Shown here in pieces: positions 26,521-37,778 of a stretch of 64,000 nucleotides of DNA. Below the pieces are notes generated by a model, which worked only from the letters and a program-made list of their open reading frames with translations, was not told where the DNA came from and searched no databases. The DNA lies in the NCBI GenBank assembly GCA_964016885.1, contig OZ024742.1:125178001-125242000 (forward strand), read 5' to 3'. Position 1 is the stretch's first letter. Every line of letters begins with the position of its first letter. This DNA comes from Eledone cirrhosa. Lineage: Eukaryota. The position numbers and the translations under genes were made by a program.

Positions 26521-27520
26521 GCGAGTGATTATTAAGACAGCGGCCAGCTTACTACCATAGTAGCAGTCATGGGCAAATATTGCTCGACAAATGAATTGGA
26601 GATAATTATAAGGAAGTTATATCTAGTAACATTTATATACACACAGATGCATATCAATGCTAGCAAATATATAGGTTTTGTCTTATTAACAATGTGGTTC
26701 AATGCATGGGGTTGCAGAACAATAATATGAGAGACGTAAAATAAGAAAATTATAAAATTAACTTACTTACTACAATGGCTTGGAATCCAGTCCACGCTTT
26801 ACTCCATTCCAGAAACTAATTAGTTGGAAGTGATTTTTTAGTAAGTTAATTTTATAATTTTCTTATTTTACGTCTCTCATATTATTGTTCTGCAACCCCA
26901 TGCATTGAACCACATTGTTAATAAGACAAAACCTATATATTTGCTAGCATTGATATGCAACTGTGTGTATATAAATGTTACTAGATATAAATTCCTTATA
27001 ATTATCTCCAATTCATTTGTCGAGCAATATTTGGCCATGACTCCTACTATGGTAGTAAGCTGGCCGCTGTCTTAATAACCACTCGCTTTCCACTGATTGA
27101 CCTCGATGTCACGTGATTGATTCTTTTTGAATTTGCCACAGACGAGGAGGCAGTGATTTTCTCAATGGCTTGGAATCCAGTCCACGCTTTGCTATTTCCA
27201 TTCCACTGAATTATTTTTTTAATAAGTTTCCAGTGTCCTCGCTATGCCTGGAGACCTATACGGAAAAAGACTTTCCTGATGACGGAATGATTTTCTGTGT
27301 TTCTTCGGAAAATATATTTACTCCATTCCAGAAACTAATTAGTTGGAAGTGATTTTTTAGTAAGTAAGTTAATTTTATAATTTTCTTATTTTACGTCTCT
27401 CATATTATTGTTCTGCAACCCCATGCATTGAACCACATTGTTAATAAGACAACACCTATATATTTGCTAGCATTGATATGCATCTGTGTGTATATAAATG
27501 TTACTAGATATAAATTCCTT
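26521..27520. mobile_element. HHR tandem-repeat (retrozyme-like) family 2, head-to-head array
   Basis: Diverged homolog of family 1; minus arm 26521-26772, plus arm 26773-27520, 519-nt period; (TA)n on both sides. Confidence 0.85.
27270..27350 (+). ncRNA. Type I hammerhead ribozyme, family 2
   Basis: ACTTTC-CTGATGA-C-GGAATG-ATTTTCTG..CGGAAAAT..CATTCC-A-GAAA-CTAATTAG-TT^GGAAGT. Confidence 0.9.
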
Positions 27521-27532
27521 ATATATATATAT

Positions 27533-27572
<40 letters not shown>

Positions 27573-27573
<1 letters not shown>

Positions 27574-27690
27574 ACGAAGGAAATGTGGTAAGGAACTAGG
27601 TGGACCATAACGCACCAAAGTACTCAATACTGAGTCCAGAATTAGCCGTCGAAACGGCTTGAGCTCAGCCGTCAGGGTCCTACTCGTTCA
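27573..27690. mobile_element. Short inverted pLTR-like fragment with the 3' half of a hammerhead
   Basis: Homologous to 16340-16481; GAAACGGCT..AGCCGTC at 27651-27673; (TA)n flanks. Confidence 0.6.
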
Positions 27691-27846
27691 TATATATATA
27701 TATATATATATTCTGTAGATAAGGATGTAATTCACTTCAAGCATTCGACGTCATATTACTTCTTCCAAATAAGGAAGACGGACTATATTTAGAAAGAGCA
27801 AAATGCGAAATGTAGATGTTAAAATAAAGAGTCTTTTATTAATTGA

Positions 27847-27897
27847 GCCGTTATACACATTTCAATGACGATCGATATCATGATTTCATCAGACAGC
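27847..27897 (-). ncRNA. Type I hammerhead ribozyme (same type as 14759-14832)
   Basis: GCTGT-CTGATGA-AATCATGATATCGATCGTCATT-GAAA-TGTGT-ATA^ACGGC, followed by AATAAA and a tail ending in (TA)n near 27710. Confidence 0.78.
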
Positions 27898-28499
27898 ATA
27901 ATTGAGTAAAAGGTAATGTTTCCGAGGCAATAATGGGTGAAAGAGAGCCGACTAAAAAAGATGATGCTTTTGCTTTGGTTAAGGCCGGACTGAAAACTTC
28001 ACATTACAATTTTAATTCCGCTAAATCACTATACATATTTCGATGAGCCAGACCTAACATCCGATTATAATGCAAGTCTAGAGGATGTCATCAGGTGCTA
28101 TTTGCAGAATTATATAACAGGATTACATCAATCCCAAACAGAGAATGGAAGATAGAAGATAGAAAAATTGAAATAGAAAATAGAGGACCGATTCCATTCG
28201 AGCACAGCCCGAAGGTCGCTTTATCAGGTAATACCAGCTTTGCCGGCTGATAGGCGTGGTCGAGGAGGAATACTGCCGTCTTTAGAAAATGCAATTCATT
28301 AATTACAACCAAGGATGTTCAACTACAGAGATCAAAGTGTGTCAATCTGTTGTACGTTGGCCTAAAAAAAAACAGTTATATTTCTCGGGAAAGCTGTTCT
28401 GCTAGAGAACGGGTCGCAGCTGATGGATTGCGATACGGCCTCAAGTTATGATGGTTAGTTGAGATATAAGTGGGCAACAGCCGGACAAATAAGCAACAC

Positions 28500-29590
28500 C
28501 AAACCAACAGCGGTAAATTAACAGGAGAGATGGAGATATAGAGGACACCTATAGCTTCCAATATAATTTAAGATCTAGTAAAGGAGGCTAGATACTACCG
28601 GTTAGGTATAGTCAGGGTTTCCTCAACAAAGTTCCATTGCTCTGATACTGTAGATCTGGATAGAGGATGGAAACCCTACTCTTCAGGTGTGGCGCCAGAA
28701 ATGACAGTACAGGCGCGAGTTGGGCTACTCACAAGCCCCCGGCTGTGAGAATGTGTGATGGACTGGATCCCATTCATTAGAAGGAAGGATTTGCATCTTG
28801 AATCTTCAGCTAAATGTTGGGTTTCAGTGGGTGGTGCAAGTTTATGCACCGAACAAGGAGTGATAATACAGGTTCTTCTTTGATGAAGTCACTGCAGCGC
28901 TAGCTGTAGTTAAGACTGCGTAATATATCCTGATGGGAAATGTCAATCCACATGGCACTGACCACCTGGCATGGACACAAGTACCTGGGAGGAATGGAGA
29001 GGACTTATAAGACTTCTGTACCAGCAATGGACTCTCTATTCTGAACACCTTCTTCCAGCAGAGACATCCATAAATATACATGGTATAAGGGGAATCAGAC
29101 ATTGTCTCTGATCTCTTTGATTTTGTGTTGGATGTACGTGTAAAGAGAAAGGTTGAGCTGTCAACTGATCACCATCTAGAAATCTGCAACTTGAGACTAC
29201 CTAAAGTCCCAAAGCCCACAAGACTTGCAAGTACAGGCGACTTACAGGATAACGTTGGAAAAATTGGTGAATGAGAATGTCAGGACCAGGTATGCAGATA
29301 TTATAGCATCCACATTCAGAGATCTCTCTGAACAAATTGAGAACATTGAGACAGAGTGGGATTGTTAAGCTAAGCCGTTTCTGCTTTAGCTGTTAAATGC
29401 TACGGGCAAAAGAGGCTTGGTGTGGTGCCGGGTGGCAGGAGGACTCCTTTTGTTCAATCAAGACATCAAACAATCTATTCGAGCAAAGAAGGAGGCTTAC
29501 AAAGTTTGGCTTGGAATTAGGTCCTCCTTCTTATACTTGCCAAATAAACAGACACGTTAAATTGCAGCAGAAACAGTATGGAGTTATCTC
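28500..29590 (+). mobile_element. Degenerate RTE (Expander/Rex3-like) AP-endonuclease region
   Basis: LVKEARYYRLGIV..DRGW..SGV..VGLL, QVYAPN, NGLSILNTFF, STDHHL with stops. Confidence 0.75.
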
Positions 29591-29627
29591 TTGTATGTAA
29601 TACACTTCAAACCTCAAACGATATCTA

Positions 29628-29716
29628 AATTCATGAAGATATGTAGAGCGAGGAACAGATACTTCGTATATATCGTGGCATGGCTCCCCGCTCCACATTG
29701 AAACATATGTAGAATT
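29628..29716 (+). ncRNA. Type I hammerhead with one core mutation
   Basis: AATTC-ATGAAGA(C3 to A)-T-ATGTAGAGCG...CGCTCCACAT-T-GAAA-CATATG-TA^GAATT. Confidence 0.7.
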
Positions 29717-30023
29717 AACATTATGTTTTAAGTATAGCTTGATTATTCTCTCTCTATTAATACATTTTGAGCTCTTTTACATGTAGCCTAACAGTGTACA
29801 ATAGAATCTCCAAAGGGTGCGTAAATTCTCATTCGATTTTGAATTACTGCTGCATCAAACAAATATTTACCGGGATCTATATTAGAAAAGCCCAATGTCA
29901 AAATAAATAACTGTATGTATGTATGTATTTTATATCAGATCACTCTTCGGCGCTACTTGTAACATGTAACACATTACAACTTGAGCATTGGTCGGGTCGT
30001 CGGCGACTACACCGACAACCCCA

Positions 30024-30092
<69 letters not shown>

Positions 30093-30539
30093 CTGTGTGT
30101 GTGTGTAATGCACACGAGAGAGTGAGAGGAAAATAGATAAATAGAACTTAAAGACAGTGAATAACTTAATTTAATAAAATACAAATTTTGGATCAGATTC
30201 CCATTATTAGAATATTTCACTTTTTCTGTGTCGTTTAATAGCAATTACCTTATTTCAAATGGCCCTACCCATTTATCTCTTTATCTATGTGTCTCGGGAA
30301 TCGAAACAGATGGACGTAAAGAAAGATTTGTTTCTAAACACTCAAGCGTTTTATTACATGAATATGATGAATATTTGTGGTATTTAATGCGTTAAATTAT
30401 AAGAATAACAGTGTCTAAATAATACAAGAGCTGCAATTATGTATTCCTCGCTATTGCTTCATGTAATTTGCAACTTTGAATAGATATTCGGTAATCAGGA
30501 AAAGGGAGGTAAGTGTAAGATCCTAATTCGTTAATTTCA

Positions 30540-30990
30540 ATTCAGTGTTCGTGATAACCGTTACCTATAGTCACGAATTTTGTGCAATAACCGAAAGTAT
30601 ATGATTGTGAATACAGGCAGCCGAAAAAGGGATCCTCCAAAGTGTCTTTGACGTAACGTTACTCGATAGAATTTGTAGCTCAGATATCAGACAGTCGCTA
30701 TAGGGAGAGCAATCATTTTTCCAAATTAAGAGATCACAGCTCTGATATTATGGACATGTGGTTAGTGTCTCGGAGAAGAATCGCTGAACAGATTTTCCTG
30801 GCAAAACCAACCGGCAGGAGACCGTGTTAGACCCCGATTAAATGACTGGCTAACATCCATGGGCTCTGCTGTTCACGTTTAGAGATCCTGTTGGATCAGT
30901 TGTATGTTGCTTCTGACAGGTCATTCTAGAGGGAGTGTTTGAGGACTTTACGCCCACGAACCTCCCAGGAATAAGTAAGTGAAAAAGAAG
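30540..30990 (+). mobile_element. Degenerate RTE (Expander/Rex3-like) 3' fragment
   Basis: IQAAEKGIL..LLDRI..SQL*YYGHV..AKPTGRRP. Confidence 0.7.
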
Positions 30991-31699
30991 AAAAGAAAGG
31001 ATATCAAGCTAATCCAGCATAGAGATTTGTATGACTGGTGAACGCCTTAAATGCAATGCATATAATACAAGTAATTCACAATTACTACCTGGTAAGAATG
31101 TAGTTGATATTCTTCTAGAACGGTATAACCCCGATCCAATTTATTTTAAGGATTGTCTTTAAACAATTGTACGAATTAGAAGGTACATTAATGATATTTT
31201 TCCTTTAGTCAGGAAAGGAAATGACTCGCCCAGACCTTCATATAAGTTGCTAAACAATTTGAATGAACATTGGTGTTATCTTTAAAAATTGCGTGCAATA
31301 ATTTGGACTAAGGGTTGTTTCATTCAGTTTTCGTTTCGATCGTAATCTTCAGGTTTCCTGTGTGTTTAGGCTGTTCCGGAATGGTTTTGAGCTAGAGAAA
31401 TTAATCCTAAACAACGCATAATAACACTTTTATCTATTAAATTATTGGCGTTTGCCTCAGTGCCGTAATTTATAAGACACACACACACACGAATATATAT
31501 ATAAATTCCATTTCCAATTATGAGGTTAATAGGACGAATAGGTATAACAGTAATTAGTTTTCGATAATTAAACAATAATTATGCAATTAATTTGCAGATT
31601 ATGTGGTTGTTGTTTTCTTCTTCTTCTCAAAGGGAAATAGCGAGACGAGAGCAATGATCGAAAATAATTGCAAAATAGCTTCTTGGAGAATATTAGAAA

Positions 31700-32735
31700 T
31701 ATATTTATTCTTTTCTTACTCCATAGCCACCAAGCTTTAATAGTTCTGACGACAATCGTGTAGTGAAATAACTTTTTCTAACGTTATCACTGGGGCCATA
31801 CTATATTTTGTAGTAGAGAGCGGATTTCGGTAAGAAATAAACAAGTTGAGAATGAACTCAGATCTGGAACACCATACAGCGCACGAAAGGAGGAAAGCAT
31901 TGAGGAAGTCCAAAGTTTAATAATACAAGCCCGTCGAGGTAATGTCAGGATGATATCTGAAGCTGTCGGTATTAGTATTGGCACACTGGAGACAATTCTG
32001 TCTAAGGAGCTCTACAATATTGATGCCAAGTTCGTGCAAAATAACCTCTCGGATGACCTGTAGTAGTTTCAGTTGGATTGTTGCACTGACATTGTTCATA
32101 TAATAAAGGCTGATCCTGGTTACCTGAATAAAGTAGTAATTTGCGATGAGAGCTGGATGACCCCGAGAACAAATGTCCTCCCCATGCCCATGAAGTAACA
32201 CATTAGCAGATCGCAGTTGAAGGTCATAATCATTTCTTTCTTTGAATCCAAGGTTCTAATTCACCTTGAATGTGTTCTTGGAGGCCAACTCTTCAATACA
32301 GAGTATTACATTGAAGCTCTGAATATGTTTAGAGAGAGGACGAGGAAGAAGGCACCACAACAGCAGAGCTGTGAAGATCAGTGGTTCCACCAGAGCAATG
32401 CTTCATGCCACAAATCAATGCTGGAGACTAACAGTAGAATGAAAGTGGTACAACACCAAGCCTACAATCCCGACCTTGCTTCTCGTGACATATCTTTCCC
32501 CGCATGAAAGAGGGCCTCAGAGGAATTCGATTCTAGTCAAATAAGGAGCTGAAGGCGGCATCGGCGATTTTCCTGATGTGTCTGAGAAGAATGATTGATA
32601 TGCGGATTTCCAGGATTGGGGAAGATGCCTGCGCAAGTGTATAGATGCGAGAGGGCCTTATTTTCAAGGGGACTATGTTTTATAAGCATATGAAAGTAAT
32701 GTCTCCTCCGAATACTTATTGCTCATAACTCGAAT
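31700..32735 (+). mobile_element. Degenerate mariner (Tc1/mariner) transposon
   Basis: VRMISEAVGISIG (HTH), VICDESW, FHQSNASCH, AYNPDLASRD (YSPDLAPxD-like); many stops. Confidence 0.8.
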
Positions 32736-32934
32736 ATTAAACTCCTATCTAATATTTCATAAGTTTGACCATCGTATAAATAAGTCGTATACATTATCCC
32801 TAGTGAGTTACAGATTGGAACGTGAATGCCCCCAGTAATTGAATCATGTATACTTCTTGCGTGTGAATACAAGAGTTACATGTCTCTTGCAGGCAACTCT
32901 GTCCATTTTATAGTTATCAACTATTATTGGTAAT

Positions 32935-33120
32935 TGGATTGGCAGTATCGGTAGAGGGTCGGACGCCATGCTTTCCAGCATAGTTACGTCCCTTTATGAT
33001 CTGAGTTCAAATCCCGCCGAGGTTGACTTTGCCTTTCATCCTTACGGGGTCGATAAAATAAAGTACCAGTAATGCACTGGGTAATTGCTGGCCTTGTGCC
33101 TAAAGTAGAAACAATTATTG
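32935..33120 (+). mobile_element. tRNA-derived SINE (MetaSINE-like)
   Basis: Nearly identical to 14986-15165. Confidence 0.88.
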
Positions 33121-33517
33121 GTAATTATCAGCACTGTAAGTAACACATTTTCATATTTCAAATTTACTCAATACATTGGAAATTAATTGGAAGCACTTTG
33201 AAATTTTAGCCTGGTGCTTCAGAAGATAGAATTTAACGGTTACATGTGCTTTAATGCTTTAATGTAATAATTTAATGCACTCGAACGGGATATTAGATAT
33301 GCGTGTTCCAGTTTTCCGCTTAATTGTCTTTGAATGTTTCTTGAAGTTTCAGGAGTATTACCGGTATTATTCAGTGAATGTTTATACTCAAGCATTGCTG
33401 ATAGTTTTCTGTATTGTTACTAACACGTTTTAAAGTTTCAAACGCCTCTTAAATTAACCAAATGTTTACTACTACTACTTCTACTACTACGAAAACTACC
33501 ATTGTTACAATTAATAA

Positions 33518-33632
33518 TTGAGTTCAAATCCAGCCTAAGTTACGTTTGCCTTTCCTACTTACGGGGTCGATTTAATTGACTTCCCCTCCGACAAAAGTTT
33601 GTTTGGCCTTAACCATAAATCAGAAACCATTA
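33518..33632 (+). mobile_element. Diverged, truncated SINE copy
   Basis: GAGTTCAAATCC, TTTGCCTTTC..TACGGGGTCGAT, tail AGAAACCATTAT. Confidence 0.65.
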
Positions 33633-33633
33633 T

Positions 33634-33812
33634 GCGGTGGATTGGCAGTATCAGTAGAAGGTCGGACGCCATGCTTTGCAGCAAAGAGTTACGGCCCTTT
33701 ATGGTCTGAGTTCAAATCCCGCCGAGGTTAACTTTGCCTTTCATCCTTACGGGGTCGATAAAATAAAGTACCAGTAATACACTAGGATAATTGCTGGCCT
33801 AAACAATTATTA
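33634..33812 (+). mobile_element. tRNA-derived SINE (MetaSINE-like)
   Basis: A/B boxes and core as above. Confidence 0.88.
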
Positions 33813-33835
33813 CAACTAATAATAATAATAATAAT

Positions 33836-34025
33836 AATTGTTTCTACTTTTGGCACAAGGCCAGCAATTATCCCTATGTAATACTGGTACTTTATTTTAT
33901 CGACCCCGTAAGGATGAAAGGCAAAGTTAACCTCGGCGGGAATTGAACTCAGACCATAAAGAGCCGTACCTCTTTGCTGCAAAGCATGGTGTCCGACCCT
34001 CTACCGATACTGCCAATCCACCTCC
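33836..34025 (-). mobile_element. tRNA-derived SINE (MetaSINE-like)
   Basis: Reverse-complement copy with (ATT)n tail at 33817-33838. Confidence 0.88.
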
Positions 34026-34026
34026 C

Positions 34027-34063
<37 letters not shown>

Positions 34064-34323
34064 TTTCTTTATTAACCACAAGGGTTTACATAAAGTAGAC
34101 ATTAAGGACAGTGCAGGACAATGCAGGACGGTACAAATGGGCATTTCTGCGTGTAAAAAAACAAAAACAGAGGATGTAACAAAAATAACAATGAAAATAA
34201 CAATGAAAAATTCCCCAATAGGGGGGAGACTTCGGAGGGACATTTGTGGAGAAAGCCCAGTAAAAAGCCACAATGACCCTGACCACCAAGGCAAGTGCCC
34301 TCTCCCAGTTTTCCACCTTTAGT

Positions 34324-37300
34324 TTACAGATATATACTCAGAGTCGGCCCATTCACTCGGGCCATTCTTGCTTCTCTCACCCACCTTTCAACAAAATGCT
34401 GGGAAGAGAGCACTTCCCTCTCTACTCTGATTTTCCTTTTCAAATGAAATTTGAAAAAGTCAATCAGAGCATCACCGAAGAGGTAAGTGCTCGTCTTCAG
34501 CCCTTTCAAACGTGTCCACCATACTATCTCTTTCGCCATGGCCACCAGACAGATAAAAACTGCCTGCCCTTCCCGGCTAAAGGAGGAGGGCGGGGCAATC
34601 CTCACGATGGACTCAGATGATAGCTGGATCCGTCCTAAACGCGACAGCAGGTGTTCGACATAAACCCTCAAGTCAGCAATTTTCGGACACTGGACGAGTG
34701 CGTGCAGGACGGTTTCGTCGCCCTGCGCGCATCTCGGACATGCCCGGCTGACGGCACCTCCATGCCTGTAGAGTTTATCCCGAACTGGCAAGGCTCCTCG
34801 GTAGCACTGCCAGGCCAGAGATTTCTGGAAGTTGTCCATAGGCCCTGGCCCGAAAGTTCTTCCGAAGAGATTGGCTAGTTGATTTTCGTCGACGCCTAGA
34901 GTTTCCCCAAGTACGTCGTCGCTCTTCCCCTCCACTAATCCTCTATAGAACGCCGAGGTGGAGTTTCCACCGATCACATTGCTCGATTGGTCGAGGGCTG
35001 TGAGCGCCTGAAGACATTCCAGTCTCCAGGCGCTCCCTCTCGGTCTTCGCTTGACCCAGGACTGCAGCTCCGTCAAGGAAACGAGCTGGGGAAAAACGCG
35101 TCTAGCAAACGGCGACCACACCTGATCACCGTCGAGGAAGAGGTGGAGATGTCGTAGCCTGAGCGCGTGCCTGCGCATCATCAGCCACGGCATGCCCAGC
35201 CCTCCACGTAGCGGGTGTTGACAACAGATGGACCGCCTGACCATCGGAGCACGTCCCTTCCACAAAAAGCGAAAGAGCAAACGCTCCAGCGCAGTCAGGC
35301 GAGGCTTAGGACAAGGTACGACGGTTAGGCGGTAGCAGATGACAGACGCGATGTACGCGTTAGCCACCTCCGCTCGACCTTTCAGGGATAGCTTCCTCTC
35401 CGCCCATTTCTGGGTGAGAGAAGCCACCCTGCTCGTCACCTCGTCCCAGTTTTTGTCCGTCTGGAGGTCCGGACCGAACCAGACCCCTAGCAATTTAACC
35501 GGTCCGTCCGTCCAGCGCCCGACGACGCTGTTGGACGGCATGGACCTGCCTCTCCAGGTGCCGAGCTGCAGGCCCACTGACTTTTCCTGGTTGATCATTG
35601 CTCCTGTCACCGCTTCGTATTCTCTTAGTGTAGTGCCGATCGCCTCGATGTGTTTGGCGTTCGACACCACTACGGTGACATCGTCCGCATATGCTGACAC
35701 GGATCTTCCGCATCCTAGTTCGCGCGGGACTCCCCTCAACGTCTCCAGTTTGTGCAGTAATGGCTCGAGAGTCAATACGTACAAGAGGGACGAGAGGGGA
35801 CATCCTTGGCGGACCGAGCGCATGATGTTGAACGGTTCCGACAGGTGACCGTTCACTCTCACCACAGAGCAGATGTTGCTGTGCATGGCAGCGATCCAGC
35901 CTCTGAAGACGGGCCCAAAGCCAGCCGCCCTCAGGACTGCCGCTAGGTAACGATGGTCGACCCTATCGAAAGCTTTCGACTGATCTAAATTGATCAAGGA
36001 CCCACCCGTGCCAGGTTCCCTAGCTACCCTCTCTACGATGTATCGCATGAGGTGGAGGTTGTCGTGGATGGATCTGTCGGGAATGGCGCATGTCTGCGCC
36101 TCTCCCACCAGACCACCAACGACAAGCGCCAACCTCTTTGCTAGCACCTTGGCCAAAATCTTAAACTCTGTGTTTAGCAGAGTTATGGGCCGGAAATTGT
36201 CTATGTTATCCCCCTTGTTCGGATCCTTTCTCAGCAGTGCCACCGCTCCTCGGCTCACAGAACTGGGAATTCTCCCGTTCTGTTGCCAGTTGCAGTAGAC
36301 GTCCGCCAAGAGGCCTCCGAACAAGTCTGGCATCTGTACGTAAAGTTCATAGGGCAGACCATCCAAACCAGGCGATTTACCCCTTGTGCAGCCAGTCATT
36401 GCCTCCCGTACTTCAGCGGCTGTTATCGGCTTTTCGCAACACCTCGCCTCAGTGGCCGAGAGCCGCGGCAGTCCGTCGAGGTAGACACTAAAGTCCATCC
36501 CTCTACCCGGCTCCCCGCTGCCCCCGAACAGCTGAGCGAAGTGTCGCTGAAAAGCTTCACACATTTGCCCGGGATCGAGTAGCATGCGCCCGTCGTGGTC
36601 CACCAAAGACCGGATCGTGGCTTTGTTGCCACGACGCGCCTCCGCCACTCGGGCCCATTGAACGGCTTTCGTCCCCTCGTGTCTGAGAGCACGCACCCTA
36701 GCTCTGACAACGCAGCCTTCGTGCTTTGCATTGAAGAATTGGTCAAGGGCCAATTTCGCCGCAAGCACGTCGGTCGCAATGCCTTTGCTAAGCGCCTCGT
36801 CTAATTTTCTAACTAGTTCTCCCTCTGCTCTATTTTTCTCTATTGCTAAAGCCTTACTAAACCTAATCGATTCTATTCTAATCGCTCTTTTCAGAGCAAA
36901 CCACCACTTGTTGTTGACGATGGCCCCCGTCAACGCCCGCTTAACTAGTTCGCTAATCCGGTCTCTGTAGGCCTTGCGCGCTGGTAAGGACGCGTTTAGC
37001 TTCCAGTAGCCGGGTCCTCGTCTATGAAGCCTATCTAAGTCAAGCACACAGGTCACGAATTTGTGGTCCGTGTAGCTGACTATCTTGAATTGTGGACAGC
37101 CTATGCTAGACCTATCTATTTCCCTACAAAATACTCTATCTAGATATGATCTGGATGACCCTATGCGGTTTGTCCAAGTCCACATTGGCACATTCGGAAA
37201 ATCCAATCGGTACCTGTCAGACAGTTCAAAACGCCTGAGCAGGTTGGTGAGGCTCTTGCACCCTCCACCCCTATCCGCTAATCCCACACAGTCCCAGCGT

Positions 37301-37743
37301 GCATCTAAGATCCCGTTCCAGTCGCCCACTAACACTAAAGAGCGGGACGTTCCAAGAAAGGTCTCCAGACGCCGGAAGAAATCAGGCCGCCCTGCTCCTG
37401 TCGGGGCATAGACGGCCACTAGCCTGAAAGCTTGCCCGTCTCCGCTGGTCACGTCCAGCACCACCAGCTTACCCTCTGGGTCCAGGAAGATGGCCCGTAT
37501 GGCGAGATCCAAACCTCTCCGAAAAATCACAGCAACTCCTCCACCCGATCCAGGACGGCTGGGAGATGCGTACACATCGTAGCCGCCGAAGATCGGTGCG
37601 AAGGCCCGTGCTTCGGAGATTCTGGTCTCGCTGATGGCCACTACATCTATGTTTAGTGACCTGAGGTCGTTGAGCAGGTGACCCTGCTTCCATGACGACC
37701 CCAAGCCACGCGCATTTATGCTGCCTATTCTGAGTGAGGTCAT
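34324..37743 (-). CDS. L1/Tx1 ORF2: AP endonuclease, reverse transcriptase, C-terminal zinc finger (1139 aa)
   Basis: SINARGL, ISETR, VYAP, GDWN, YLDR, TDHK; KSPGLDGLP, FRPITLLN, QGCPLS, YADD; CPRC..ETVLHALVQC. Confidence 0.95.
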   Translation of the reverse strand: MTSLRIGSINARGLGSSWKQGHLLNDLRSLNIDVVAISETRISEARAFAPIFGGYDVYASPSRPGSGGGVAVIFRRGLDLAIRAIFLDPEGKLVVLDVTSGDGQAFRLVAVYAPTGAGRPDFFRRLETFLGTSRSLVLVGDWNGILDARWDCVGLADRGGGCKSLTNLLRRFELSDRYRLDFPNVPMWTWTNRIGSSRSYLDRVFCREIDRSSIGCPQFKIVSYTDHKFVTCVLDLDRLHRRGPGYWKLNASLPARKAYRDRISELVKRALTGAIVNNKWWFALKRAIRIESIRFSKALAIEKNRAEGELVRKLDEALSKGIATDVLAAKLALDQFFNAKHEGCVVRARVRALRHEGTKAVQWARVAEARRGNKATIRSLVDHDGRMLLDPGQMCEAFQRHFAQLFGGSGEPGRGMDFSVYLDGLPRLSATEARCCEKPITAAEVREAMTGCTRGKSPGLDGLPYELYVQMPDLFGGLLADVYCNWQQNGRIPSSVSRGAVALLRKDPNKGDNIDNFRPITLLNTEFKILAKVLAKRLALVVGGLVGEAQTCAIPDRSIHDNLHLMRYIVERVAREPGTGGSLINLDQSKAFDRVDHRYLAAVLRAAGFGPVFRGWIAAMHSNICSVVRVNGHLSEPFNIMRSVRQGCPLSSLLYVLTLEPLLHKLETLRGVPRELGCGRSVSAYADDVTVVVSNAKHIEAIGTTLREYEAVTGAMINQEKSVGLQLGTWRGRSMPSNSVVGRWTDGPVKLLGVWFGPDLQTDKNWDEVTSRVASLTQKWAERKLSLKGRAEVANAYIASVICYRLTVVPCPKPRLTALERLLFRFLWKGRAPMVRRSICCQHPLRGGLGMPWLMMRRHALRLRHLHLFLDGDQVWSPFARRVFPQLVSLTELQSWVKRRPRGSAWRLECLQALTALDQSSNVIGGNSTSAFYRGLVEGKSDDVLGETLGVDENQLANLFGRTFGPGPMDNFQKSLAWQCYRGALPVRDKLYRHGGAVSRACPRCAQGDETVLHALVQCPKIADLRVYVEHLLSRLGRIQLSSESIVRIAPPSSFSREGQAVFICLVAMAKEIVWWTRLKGLKTSTYLFGDALIDFFKFHLKRKIRVEREVLSSQHFVERWVREARMARVNGPTLSIYL

Positions 37744-37778
37744 GTTTAAAATAGAGTGGAAAAGATGGGAAAGACCAC

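Noticed and set aside
31740-31775. CTGACGA..GAAAT
   Set aside because: No pairing; lies in the mariner remnant.
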